From: Tubiluchus corallicola
Taxonomy: Eukaryota > Animalia > Priapulida
Assembly (NCBI GenBank): GCA_030141605.1
Contig: JAQGDQ010001236.1
Coordinates: 1-53,231 of the forward strand
Length of the DNA stretch: 53,231 nucleotides
Direction of reading: 5' to 3'
Position numbers and translations under genes: made by a program. The notes beneath the pieces were generated by a model. The model was not told the origin of the DNA. It ran no database searches and saw only the letters and a list, made by a program, of their open reading frames with translations. Below are positions 11,881 through 20,809 of the stretch, piece after piece (the first letter of the stretch is position 1; the number at the start of each line of letters is the position of its first letter).

Positions 11881-12540
11881 ATGAATGAAAAAATAGAGGA
11901 TACAGACCAAAATAAGAACCAGCGAGCCAAACTTATAGAAGCAGTAAAACGAAATGGAGTAAGTAACAAAGAAATATTGGATGCTATGCTCAAAGTACCG
12001 CGTCATCTCTTCTGTCCTGAAACTTTTCGTAAATATGCTTACGATGATGCTCCACTACCTATTGAGCGAAATCAAACCATTTCCCAGCCATCTACGGTTG
12101 CTATTCAAATAATGCTTTTAGCTCCTCAAAAAGGAGAAAAAATTTTGGAAATAGGTACGGGTTCGGGCTATCAAACAGCTATCTTGGCAGAAATGGGAAT
12201 GAACATATTTACTATTGAAATTTATAAGCATCTTTATGAGGGTGCTAAAAAGTTGATTGGTGGGCTGGGCTATTCTAATATTTCATTTTTATATGCTGAT
12301 GGACGTTTGGGCTGGACAGACAAAAGCCCTTTTGACAGGATTATCATTAGTGCTGCTCCCCATAGTCCGCCAGAAAATTTATTGAAACAACTAAAAATAG
12401 GAGGTAAAATGGTATTACCCGTTGGGGATAGTATGGGACAGACGATGACCTTGATTGAAAAAATAGAAGAAAACCGTTTTAGAACCTCCTATCACGGAGC
12501 ATTTAGTTTTGTGCCCTTACTATCAGGGTTGTTTTTATAG
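11881..12540 (+). CDS. pcm: Protein-L-isoaspartate O-methyltransferase
   Basis: VPRHLF, QTISQP, LEIGTGSGYQTA, PFDRII, FSFVPL. Confidence 0.93.
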   Translation: MNEKIEDTDQNKNQRAKLIEAVKRNGVSNKEILDAMLKVPRHLFCPETFRKYAYDDAPLPIERNQTISQPSTVAIQIMLLAPQKGEKILEIGTGSGYQTAILAEMGMNIFTIEIYKHLYEGAKKLIGGLGYSNISFLYADGRLGWTDKSPFDRIIISAAPHSPPENLLKQLKIGGKMVLPVGDSMGQTMTLIEKIEENRFRTSYHGAFSFVPLLSGLFL

Positions 12541-12580
12541 TTTATCTAAGTTTTGGGAATTATATACTCAATGCCACAAT

Positions 12581-12631
12581 TATAACCGTCAAGACGAAAT
12601 GTACAAAAATTCAAGACGAAATGTACAAAAA
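12581..12631 (+). repeat. Prophage left end with two tandem putative transposase-binding sites
   Basis: TATAACCGTCAAGACGAAATGTACA; TCAAGACGAAATGTACAAAAA at 12589 and 12611 (22-bp period). Confidence 0.8.
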
Positions 12632-12730
12632 TGAGGGAGAAACTAATCGGGTAGTTTTTTAATTATTTCTATCATATTATCTTTGGCTACTTGCTTTTCT
12701 ACGAGTTTTATAATGATTGTTCCGTGTGTT

Positions 12731-12907
12731 TTAGTTTTTTTTGCTGTCTGCATCCTTAAAGGTGGTTGATTGTGAGTTTCCTCTGCCTTTTTGTTTGAGT
12801 TTTTTGATGTGTGTTTGTGGTTTTTCAAGCAAAGAAGCGTAAAAGAGGTTGCCAGCTGCAAAACCAAGCAGAAAGCCTATGAGTAATTTAAGTATTGTTG
12901 TTTTCAT
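12731..12907 (-). CDS. Small membrane-anchored phage protein (58 aa) in lysis module, possibly spanin-like
   Basis: Manual translation MKTTILKLLIGFLLGFAAGNLFYASLLEKPQ...; ATGA overlap with the holin-like gene stop. Confidence 0.5.
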   Translation of the reverse strand: MKTTILKLLIGFLLGFAAGNLFYASLLEKPQTHIKKLKQKGRGNSQSTTFKDADSKKN

Positions 12908-13152
12908 TTTTCATATTTTTTTTGTAAACTTTTCGCTCCTAACATTACGGATAGCACGCCTCCTGCGGCTCCTATGATGGCTGCTATTCCTGTGTAGTTT
13001 TCAGTATCGCAAAAGGCGATTTCAAACGCTAGGGAGAGTAGTATAAAGACAATAGCTATTGTGGTAATGAATAGCACTAAGCGGGTCATAGAAAGGCTTT
13101 GGCTATCAGGACATTCAAAGAAGGAGGCAAGTTTATAAGTTTGTTTCTTCAT
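12904..13152 (-). CDS. Putative holin
   Basis: 82 aa, two TM helices, basic C-terminus, directly downstream of the amidase. Confidence 0.65.
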   Translation of the reverse strand: MKKQTYKLASFFECPDSQSLSMTRLVLFITTIAIVFILLSLAFEIAFCDTENYTGIAAIIGAAGGVLSVMLGAKSLQKKYEK

Positions 13153-13523
13153 TTTTTTAAGAGTTTTTCAAGGTTGAACCCGGGACACATTTTGTTGCTA
13201 AATTCGTTGTGTCCGTGTATGCTTGCTTGTTTGTATTTTTTTTTGAGTTCTGTGAGTAGTCTAAATAGGTTGGTGAGCTGTGGGAGTGAAAAGCTGTCTG
13301 TGCCTACAAGGGCTATTCCTAAGGTGTTTTTGTTTTGGCCTTTGCAGTGTGCTCCTTGCTCGTTTTCTTCACGTCCTTTTTCTATTGTTCCGTCGGTGTA
13401 GATAACATAGTGGTAGCCTATCTTGCGAAAGCCCCTTTGCCTGTGCCAGCTGTCTATCTCCTCTATGGTGGTGTGTCTTCCGTTAGGGGTGGCTGTGCAG
13501 TGTACTATGAGTTTTGTTATCAT
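13149..13523 (-). CDS. N-acetylmuramoyl-L-alanine amidase endolysin (T7 lysozyme-like)
   Basis: IVHCTAT, IGYHYVI, GAHCKGQN, HGHNEFSNKMCPGF zinc-amidase motifs. Confidence 0.93.
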   Translation of the reverse strand: MITKLIVHCTATPNGRHTTIEEIDSWHRQRGFRKIGYHYVIYTDGTIEKGREENEQGAHCKGQNKNTLGIALVGTDSFSLPQLTNLFRLLTELKKKYKQASIHGHNEFSNKMCPGFNLEKLLKK

Positions 13524-13539
13524 TTTTTATTTTATATTT

Positions 13540-14043
13540 TTAGTTTTCAAATTCTAGTTCTACTAGGCCGCTGGCAGGTGTTAATGTATAGGGTTGTCCG
13601 TAGGCGGTGTATACTGTGCAGCCAAACTCCAATTCGTAAGTTAGCCAGCTGCGTGTGGGCAGTCGGTTGAAACGTGTAAGGTAGAGCTGTGAGTGGCAGG
13701 TGTTGGCGGTGCCTCCTATGGTTTCGTATATAACTTGCAACTTGTCGAGATGTTCTAAGGCTAGGTCTTGCTTTGTGCTTATGCTGCTGGCTCGTTCGTT
13801 TACATTGAAGGCTACTTTTACGTTTATAGTAAGGCTGCCTTGTTGCGTGGTGCGTCCGTTGAGTTCGAATTCCTGTCCTTTTTGTACGTCTATCAATACG
13901 GTGGGGAAGCTCACGGGTGGGTTGGTTTCTTCTTCTAGTTGTCCAAAGTCCCAATCTAAGTAATAGGCTTCTAATTTGCCATCTGTTACGGCTTTTTTTA
14001 AGTTGTTATCTATACCTGTGTATATTTGTTTTAAGAATTTCAT
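13540..14043 (-). CDS. Putative tail completion/terminator protein (Mu gp37-like)
   Basis: Position after the virion morphogenesis gene; DWDFGQLE and FPTVLID motifs. Confidence 0.55.
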   Translation of the reverse strand: MKFLKQIYTGIDNNLKKAVTDGKLEAYYLDWDFGQLEEETNPPVSFPTVLIDVQKGQEFELNGRTTQQGSLTINVKVAFNVNERASSISTKQDLALEHLDKLQVIYETIGGTANTCHSQLYLTRFNRLPTRSWLTYELEFGCTVYTAYGQPYTLTPASGLVELEFEN

Positions 14044-14048
14044 TGTTT

Positions 14049-14474
14049 TTAACTATTAATTATTTTGTTTATATCTTGTTTTATGTTGTTTATGGCTTTG
14101 TTTGCCCAGTTTTTGTGTACTCCAGCATATTGTCGTTTGGGTATGTAGGCAGAGCGTCTCCGTCCGGTACGCCCCCTTTGGTTGTGTATTTCGACATAAG
14201 GTTGGTCGCTGCTTACCACTATCTTATTGCCTTTGGGTTCTACTTTTATACTGTCGCGTAGGTCGGTTTTGTCTACTAGTAAGGGGTGTCCACGTCCTCT
14301 CTCTTTACGTGCTCTCCAGCGGCGACCTGGTGGGTCTTTTGACTTTCGAAAGTTGTCTGTTATGTTTTTTTCCATTTCAACGGCTATTATTTTTGGTGCT
14401 GTTTTTTGCAGGTATTTTTGTAGTTCGTCTCCTCTTTTTTGCCATTTTTTCTGCAATTGTTTTGCTGTGCTCAT
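14049..14474 (-). CDS. Phage virion morphogenesis protein (Mu gpG-like)
   Basis: W..RK, LVDKTDLRDSI, PYVEIHNQ, IPKRQYAG motifs. Confidence 0.8.
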   Translation of the reverse strand: MSTAKQLQKKWQKRGDELQKYLQKTAPKIIAVEMEKNITDNFRKSKDPPGRRWRARKERGRGHPLLVDKTDLRDSIKVEPKGNKIVVSSDQPYVEIHNQRGRTGRRRSAYIPKRQYAGVHKNWANKAINNIKQDINKIINS

Positions 14475-14576
14475 TATTTCGTATTATATTTGTATCTTAT
14501 CGCGGTTTTGGCTCATAGGCCTACCAAGATAGACAGGGGATTGCTTCGGCGTCCCCATTTTTATTTTGCCAAGTCT

Positions 14577-15042
14577 TTAAACATACTTACGCCATTGCTC
14601 ACCAATAAAAATATGTACAACGTTTATATTGGCTTTGGGTTTGCGTTTGGCGACTTCTTTTAATTGTCCTTTTGCACGTTCAAAAGTCATCTCGTTGCTG
14701 GTTATTTTAATGCTTACGTCTATTTTGTTTTTGCTTTTTTGAGCTTGTTTAAATTCGTTAAGTCTGTTAAACACTACTGCATCTATGTGTTTTACTCCGT
14801 GTAGGCATTCGTTGGGCAGAAATTCTACGAGGTGGCCGCTATGTTTTTTCAAATGTTTTACGGTCTATTTCACCCGCCTTTAAACTGCCTTTAAACAGCC
14901 TTGCAATAGTGTTGTCTATTTCTTTTTGTAGGTTGGGTAGTATTACATCGTTTGTTAGTTGTTGGTAGTGTTTGTTGTATAATTTGTGTAGTGCTGTAAA
15001 GTGTTGTTTTGCTGCCCCGCTTTTAATTACGGGGCTTAGTCG
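14577..15042 (-). pseudogene. Internally deleted MuF (gp30-like) gene: N-terminal 67 codons (15042-14839) plus an out-of-frame C-terminal nuclease/toxin-like stub (14852-14577)
   Basis: Occupies the MuF slot between portal and gpG; frame -1 to the portal reads RLSPVIKSG...IARLFKGSLKAGEIDRKTFEKT*; the stub has a PD-(D/E)XK-like HIDAVV..NEFK pattern; no MuF core. Confidence 0.55.
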
Positions 15043-15048
15043 AAAAAA
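15014..15048 (-). promoter_or_regulatory. Putative programmed -1 ribosomal frameshift signal at the portal 3' end
   Basis: mRNA U_UUU_UUC (15048-15042), 6-nt spacer containing the stop, then hairpin GCCCCG-10 nt-CGGGGC. Confidence 0.65.
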
Positions 15049-16304
15049 GATTTAAGGTTCAATGGGTTTTCTTTTGTTCTGCGTGGTGTTAGCGTATCTT
15101 CTTCGTTTTCTGGTGTATTGCGTTTGTAGCGTTCGTAGAGTTCTTCTTTGGAGAGCGGTACTCCCATATTTAGGAGTGTTTCATCTACCTTTATATGTTC
15201 TTCTGTGCTATGTGTGTTTACTTCTTTAAACTGGAACTCACCTTGTAAGTTCCATTTTGTACGGTTGAGTATAGGTAGTAGTTGGTTGTTGAGTGTGCGT
15301 ATTACCAATTGTCTGTCTTTGGCGTTGAGCTGTTGGCTTACATCTCCGTGTATTCGTGCCTGTGCGTAGCCAGAGTTGCGGCTGTCGAGCGTGGTCATAC
15401 TTTCGCCTAGTATACGTATGGCCATACGTTCCATCAGTCGCTTGTCGAGGGTGTCGTAAGTTCCATTAGCACTGCCTGAGCCGCTGCCTGCTCCTGCATA
15501 CATTATTTCTACGTCTTTGTCGGTTATAAGTGTTGCTCCTGCTCCTGCTTCTTCTATTTGTTCTTTTATCTTCTCTCTTTCGTCTTCATTGTCTACTTTT
15601 ATGTGTTTTTCGGGCATTCCGTAGGTTTCGTTGCTTTCGCCCCAGTCGCCTATGTTGTTTTCCATACGTATAGATAGTTTGCTTGCTTGTAGGTAAGCTC
15701 CCAAGCTGTATGGGTCGCCTGCGGCTATTGTGTTGTTGCTTTGTGGTGGTGTCAGGTAGCTTAAGCCTGTTGTGCTATAAGGGTCTTTTACTACTATGCC
15801 AAGCTCTGGTTTTACGTGTGAGCGAGGTATAAGTACAGCACTGCCTTCTTCTATGTTGTTGGGCTTGGGTGCTGTTACTTCTATAAGACTATATCCAAAT
15901 AGTTCGCTGTTGATGGTTTCTTTTAATATAGTGGTGAAATAATCGGTATCGAACATAGGGGCTATGTCTTCGTTCTCCGTGCCGTCTTGGTTTTTAAATA
16001 TTATGGGTGTGTTGAGTATGGGCATACGTCGTTTGTCTGACAGTGATGCTAAGAAGTCGTCTTTGCTTAGTACATCCCAGTATAGTTCGTAGAGTAGTTT
16101 TCGGGTCTTGGTTTCTCCGCAGGCGTGGTCGCGTGCAGCCTTCCAGTCTTGCATATCGCGACGGCGTTTGCTAAATGTAGTAAGGTTGATGTATTTAATG
16201 AGGGTGTTTTCTGCGTTTTCGCCCCGTGTTATAGTTACCCTGCCTGTGTTGAGTTTAGCAGGTGTTACGGGTTTTTTCCTCCATTTTTTTAGAAAGTTAA
16301 ACAT
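15036..16304 (-). CDS. Portal protein (Mu gp29/DUF935-like)
   Basis: LYELYWDVL, LFGYSLIE, ETYGMP, ILGESMTT, GYAQARIH motifs; 422 aa. Confidence 0.85.
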   Translation of the reverse strand: MFNFLKKWRKKPVTPAKLNTGRVTITRGENAENTLIKYINLTTFSKRRRDMQDWKAARDHACGETKTRKLLYELYWDVLSKDDFLASLSDKRRMPILNTPIIFKNQDGTENEDIAPMFDTDYFTTILKETINSELFGYSLIEVTAPKPNNIEEGSAVLIPRSHVKPELGIVVKDPYSTTGLSYLTPPQSNNTIAAGDPYSLGAYLQASKLSIRMENNIGDWGESNETYGMPEKHIKVDNEDEREKIKEQIEEAGAGATLITDKDVEIMYAGAGSGSGSANGTYDTLDKRLMERMAIRILGESMTTLDSRNSGYAQARIHGDVSQQLNAKDRQLVIRTLNNQLLPILNRTKWNLQGEFQFKEVNTHSTEEHIKVDETLLNMGVPLSKEELYERYKRNTPENEEDTLTPRRTKENPLNLKSFFD

Positions 16305-16713
16305 AGTTGTCTCTTTTAATGGTGTTGCGGCTTACTATTTGTGTTTTCACCTCTGCTGTGTCTTCTCTGCGTTCCAAATCAGGATATATACCACTGGTTT
16401 GTGCTCCTTTTAGCCATTCAATAGCTCTTTTGTAACGGTTTTCACGGTCTACAATATCCTGCCCTGCCTGTTCTCGGCTTACGATAATGTATATGGCTAT
16501 ATCGGCTACTAAACTCACGAGTAGTTGGTGGCGGTCTGTGTCTGTCTTTGCAAATATGGTTTCTGTATCGTAGCTGTCGAATAGGTAGGTGGTGGCTTCG
16601 CTTTGTGCAGAGTCAATGGCTGCGTCTATGATGGTGTCGTCGCCCCGTGTTATTTGGTTTAGTTCGTCTACTAGTATTTGTTTTGTTATGTCTGTTTTTG
16701 TGATGAAAGCCAT
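16297..16713 (-). CDS. Head-tail adapter (Mu gp36/DUF1320-like)
   Basis: AIDSAQSEATTYL..YD, DIAIY, RYKRAIEWLK motifs. Confidence 0.8.
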   Translation of the reverse strand: MAFITKTDITKQILVDELNQITRGDDTIIDAAIDSAQSEATTYLFDSYDTETIFAKTDTDRHQLLVSLVADIAIYIIVSREQAGQDIVDRENRYKRAIEWLKGAQTSGIYPDLERREDTAEVKTQIVSRNTIKRDNYV

Positions 16714-17190
16714 TTTTATTTATGTTTTTTTACTTCTTCTTTTTTTATGTTCTTTCTTATGTTCTTTCTTTATGTTCTTTTCTTTATGTTCTTTGGCTTG
16801 ACCCAAAGAACCAAAGGTCAAGCCTGTAAATTCTTTTGATGAAAAACTAAGCTGTCGGCTACGCTATCTTCTCAAAACTCGCCTTTTTACAAAAGGCTCA
16901 AACAGTGAGAAGATTTTTCGCTCCGCCTTTCGCTGTTTTTCTATCAAAAGCCTTTAAGGGCGGTCGTATTCTGCTACGCAGAATTGGCAATTTCTCTGTT
17001 TCTCTTTTATCTTCTCTCTTTTATCTGTTATCTTTTATCTTTTAAGGGCGGTCGTATTCTGCTTCGCAGAATTGGCAATTTCTCTGTTTCTCTTTTATCT
17101 TTTATCTATTATCTTATTAAATCTTTTATCTATTATCTATTATCTTATTAAATCTATTATCTTATTAAATCTATTATCTTATTAAATCTT
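16714..17190 (+). repeat. Composite intergenic repeat: structured element variant A, ATTCTGC-N3-GCAGAAT hairpins and TTATC-type simple repeats
   Basis: TTCTTTGG-CTTGAC-CCAAAGAA...TCAAG followed by GCCTGTAAA...TTTAAGGGC long hairpin; near-identical copies at ~43280, ~45895, ~46245. Confidence 0.9.
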
Positions 17191-17851
17191 AAGCAGAGTT
17201 ATTACTTGTATTGTTGTCTATTTTTGTAAGTACAAAGTCTTCGTCGCTTGTGAGTTTCATTGTATAGGCTTGTGCGTGTTGTACTCCTTCCATTTGTGGG
17301 AAGCTAACATCGGTAATTACTACGCTGGTGATGTTAAGCAGCTCGCAGATTGGGTTGGTTATGCTAAGGCTGCCCTCTATAGCTGTTCTGTCGAATAACT
17401 CGCGTATGGCTCTGACTTCTTCTCGTGGGTAGCGTATAGGGTTGAAGGGATAGATTGCTATGCCTTTGATTTCTATCTGCCAATCGGTCTGTCCTATTAT
17501 TTCTTTTACACTACCAGCTCTACGTGTTCCCGTGAGTTGTGTACTGACTATTTCATTGCGTTTGCTAAACGAAATAAGCGGTTCGTTAGGTAGTTGTAGG
17601 TCGCCTATCTTTACGGGTGCAAATAGCTGAACACCGTTGAATGTAGTAGAGTCAAAAGCTGAAAGGTCAAAGCCTGTGTAGCCATTTGTTTCGTAATTTG
17701 GGAATAGCTCATCTTCTTTTTTAGGTTTTACAATAAGGCTTTGTATTCTATCCACTAAGTCGGTTTGCAACTTTCCGTAAGTAGCTCCAAAAAACTTAGC
17801 ATATAATACGCTTAGTCCTATTACGTTTTTATCTGGTGGGCGTATGGTCAT
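17189..17851 (-). CDS. Post-tape-measure tail protein (DUF6046-like, tube initiator/DNA circularisation type)
   Basis: LPNEPLIS, GSVKEIIG.DWQIEIKG, QAYTMKLTSD; follows the tape measure gene. Confidence 0.65.
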   Translation of the reverse strand: MTIRPPDKNVIGLSVLYAKFFGATYGKLQTDLVDRIQSLIVKPKKEDELFPNYETNGYTGFDLSAFDSTTFNGVQLFAPVKIGDLQLPNEPLISFSKRNEIVSTQLTGTRRAGSVKEIIGQTDWQIEIKGIAIYPFNPIRYPREEVRAIRELFDRTAIEGSLSITNPICELLNITSVVITDVSFPQMEGVQHAQAYTMKLTSDEDFVLTKIDNNTSNNSA

Positions 17852-17927
17852 TTTAGTAAGTTAAAAATTAAAAGTTAAAAGTTAAAAAATGAAAGCAGTT
17901 TTTCTCTTTTCTCTCTTATCTTTTATC

Positions 17928-19805
17928 TTAATTAGTGGTTTGTATTTGGTTAATACCGTTAAGTGTTTCTATCAATGTCTGCTCTATCTTTTCTCGCATT
18001 TCTTCTACTCCTTCTGATAGTGTTTGGGGTAGTATTTTTAGTTCGTTTACTAGGTTATTGATGCTTACGTTTATGTTTGTTGTTTTTTTGCCTCCTCCTG
18101 TTATGGCTTCTATGCCACTTTGTACAGTAGTAGGTGTGGTTGTTGCCGTTTCAGCGGCGGCGGCGGTTCCTTCTTTGAAAACGTCAGGAACGTTGGCTTC
18201 CTTTTCTTCTTCCGTTTTTGCTTCCTTTTTTGCTTCCGCTTCTACATCGACACCCAATTTTTCCCGCATATTTTTTATAAACCCCTCGCCCTTGGCAGCC
18301 AATTTTCCCAAGCCCGGGACTCGTGCCAAGAGCCCTAATAGCCTTTGCACAGGTTCTAACATAGCATCTAAGATGGCGATGCCTATCTGTTTTATCCCAG
18401 CCAAAATGCCCCCGTCGGTAAAGGCTTTTTTAATTTTGTCCCAATTTCGCCGAAAGGATTGAATCAGTGAAATTATGAATCCCAAAGGACCCATAAAAAC
18501 CGTCAGGGCAGCACCCCAGCTATCCCATTTTTTTATGATTAAAACTACAACGGCAATTAAAGCCGTAATAGCTGCGATGACCAAGCCTACTGGGTTAGCA
18601 TTCAGAGCTATGTTGAGCAACCACTGTGCGGCTGTCCAAAGTTTGGTTACACCTGCCACAAGTAGCGTCCACTTGTGCTGCAATTTAGCCAGTAGTAGCT
18701 GCCTGCCTTGTGCGGCGGCGATGGTGTTTAGAATAGGTGCTATAATTTTATAGCCCTTCCATGCCAAAAAAAGTTTAAACGCAATGGGTATTATCCTTTT
18801 CATTTGCTCTGCGTTTTCTGAAAAGAAAGTAGCTATTTTAGCTATTTCTTGCCCCAAGGGTTTCAAAACGGGCATCAGCCCTTCTACGAGGCTTTCTTGA
18901 ATATCACCGATTGTATTCTGGAACTGCACCATAGCCCCTACATCGGTCTGAGCCAATGCCTCTGCTGTGCCTCCATATTGTTTTTCTAATTCTTCTAAGA
19001 CAATAGTTTGAGCTTGTGCTATCTGGTTGCTTTCGCTGAGGTTTTTAATAAGTTCTTTTTGTTCCGTTGAAAATTGAATGCCTGCCCTAGATAATGCTGA
19101 TAAGTTTTTGACGGGGTCGTTAAGAGCTTTACCCAGCATAATAGAGGTGCTGCGAAGGTCTTCGCTCGTGGCCTTTGTGCCTTTAAGTTTAGATGTAACA
19201 TCTAAGACGGTTTTTTGCACACGGTCGAACTGGCTGCCTGTTATGTTTGTGAAAGTAAGCATCTGTGCCGTAACACCTTGTAAAATGGCCTCATCTCCAA
19301 AAATTGTTTTAGATTGCAGTTGCGAGGCTTGCTTTTTCAAGTTTTCAAGCGAACGCCCTGCTGCTTGATTTGTGCTGGTTAATCCTGCTTTAACATTAGC
19401 CACAGCACTGACTTGTTCCCCGTATTTTTTCCAGCTATCGCGGGCGATAATCAGCCCAGAAGCTACACCAATAAAGCCACCAAGCCCTGACGTCATTTGT
19501 CTTAGTCTAGTAATAGTCGATTGTGGCGGTAGATTTTTTAATCTAGTTAATTGCTTTTCCGTTTTGCGAATTTCAAGATTGAACTTTGTAATTTTTCCGT
19601 GCGTAAACGCCTTATCCCTTTTCACGCTTAGCTCTTCTAACTTTGTCTGGAGCTTAGTTATCGGGGTTGTTGTTTTAGTTATTTTGTTTTGAAAAACCGT
19701 TGTTTTCTTAGATATACTGCCCAGTCCAGATTCTACAGACTTTTGTAGTTTGCGAAACTTTGGACTTACCGAATCTTTTATATCTATACTTAGAACATCG
19801 GCCAT
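17928..19805 (-). CDS. Tail tape measure protein
   Basis: Helical Ala/Gly-rich; LGKALNDPV, QWLLNIALNANPVGLVIAAI; follows the tail chaperone. Confidence 0.9.
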   Translation of the reverse strand: MADVLSIDIKDSVSPKFRKLQKSVESGLGSISKKTTVFQNKITKTTTPITKLQTKLEELSVKRDKAFTHGKITKFNLEIRKTEKQLTRLKNLPPQSTITRLRQMTSGLGGFIGVASGLIIARDSWKKYGEQVSAVANVKAGLTSTNQAAGRSLENLKKQASQLQSKTIFGDEAILQGVTAQMLTFTNITGSQFDRVQKTVLDVTSKLKGTKATSEDLRSTSIMLGKALNDPVKNLSALSRAGIQFSTEQKELIKNLSESNQIAQAQTIVLEELEKQYGGTAEALAQTDVGAMVQFQNTIGDIQESLVEGLMPVLKPLGQEIAKIATFFSENAEQMKRIIPIAFKLFLAWKGYKIIAPILNTIAAAQGRQLLLAKLQHKWTLLVAGVTKLWTAAQWLLNIALNANPVGLVIAAITALIAVVVLIIKKWDSWGAALTVFMGPLGFIISLIQSFRRNWDKIKKAFTDGGILAGIKQIGIAILDAMLEPVQRLLGLLARVPGLGKLAAKGEGFIKNMREKLGVDVEAEAKKEAKTEEEKEANVPDVFKEGTAAAAETATTTPTTVQSGIEAITGGGKKTTNINVSINNLVNELKILPQTLSEGVEEMREKIEQTLIETLNGINQIQTTN

Positions 19806-19815
19806 TTTTTAACAA

Positions 19816-19983
19816 TTACTTTGTTTTTGTTTCTTGTTTTAGAATGTGTTGTAGTTGGGCGAAACGCAATGCCCATTCGTTATCACTAAAATTATCCGTG
19901 CTAGTGTGTAGATGTCGTCGCATAAGGGTGTCTACATAGAGCAGCCAATTTTCCTGTGGCGTACCCTTATACGACCTTACAGC
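19816..19983 (-). CDS. Tail assembly chaperone frameshift extension (gpT-like, 55 codons)
   Basis: Open in the -1 frame after G_GUA_AAG: AVRSYKGTPQENWLLYVDTLMRRHLHTSTDNFSDNEWALRFAQLQHILKQETKTK*. Confidence 0.7.
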   Translation of the reverse strand, partial: AVRSYKGTPQENWLLYVDTLMRRHLHTSTDNFSDNEWALRFAQLQHILKQETKTK

Positions 19984-20270
19984 TTTACCAACTGCCCCTC
20001 GCGAACATTAATCATTTCTTGGACTGCTCCTACTGATGCGAGATGTAGCTCTGCATCTTGTTTAAAAGATTCATCGCCTGCTACAAAACATTTTTTGATA
20101 ACAAACATAGTAGTGTTGAGCGGGTCTTGGCTCATATTGGCAACAACATAAGCGAGTGTTTGCCTATCCATCTTCCTTAAGATACACCATTTTTCTTCTA
20201 CCTCTATTTTAAATATTTCACTGTGCTTTTCTTTGAGCTTTTCTATTTGCTCTTTAGTGGGTTGTTTCAT
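19977..20270 (-). CDS. Tail assembly chaperone (gpG-like)
   Basis: 97 aa between tube and tape measure; ends LVKL at the slippery site. Confidence 0.8.
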   Translation of the reverse strand: MKQPTKEQIEKLKEKHSEIFKIEVEEKWCILRKMDRQTLAYVVANMSQDPLNTTMFVIKKCFVAGDESFKQDAELHLASVGAVQEMINVREGQLVKL

Positions 20271-20305
20271 TTCAATTATTAGTTATTAGTTATCATTAAG
20301 TGCAA

Positions 20306-20734
20306 TTATACTTGTTTGACTTCAATTGCTTTAAAATTTAGCTCGATTTCCATATTTAGGTCGCCTTGCTCCATACCCTCTTCGTAGCTTTCAAATTCAA
20401 CTCCTTTGATGATTTTAGAAAGTGGGGTTCCTGTTTCCCCATTGCCGGGCACGTAGGCAACTGCTATGTCCCACTGTGCTTGGGTAAGTTCTTGAAAACC
20501 TGCTGCGTTTGAAGCGGAGATAATAAATTCCAGCTCGCTTTGCAAAAGTGTAATGCTGCCTTCTACTGATATATTACCGCTTTGTATTGCTAAGGGTCGG
20601 TTTCCTACGCCGCGTAAATAGTCTTTTTCCTGTGAAGTAGTGTATTTTACGCCTCTAATACCTACTATATCTCTCGTGCCAAGTACTACTGTAACATTAG
20701 CCCAAGCGTACTGTTTACTATTAAATGCTGCCAT
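20306..20734 (-). CDS. Tail tube protein
   Basis: FNSKQYAWANV, GSITLLQSE, EGMEQGDLNMEIEL; follows the sheath gene. Confidence 0.85.
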   Translation of the reverse strand: MAAFNSKQYAWANVTVVLGTRDIVGIRGVKYTTSQEKDYLRGVGNRPLAIQSGNISVEGSITLLQSELEFIISASNAAGFQELTQAQWDIAVAYVPGNGETGTPLSKIIKGVEFESYEEGMEQGDLNMEIELNFKAIEVKQV

Positions 20735-20809
20735 AATTTTAGTAAGTTAAAAGTTATAAGATAAAAGATAAAAACTGTTTTTATCTTTTATCTCTTAGTT
20801 TTTAGTTTA

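Noticed and set aside
12643-12867. 74-aa ORF at the prophage left end
   Set aside because: The overlapping 58-aa frame 12907-12731 has an ATG coupled to the holin stop and a TM helix, so it is the better call
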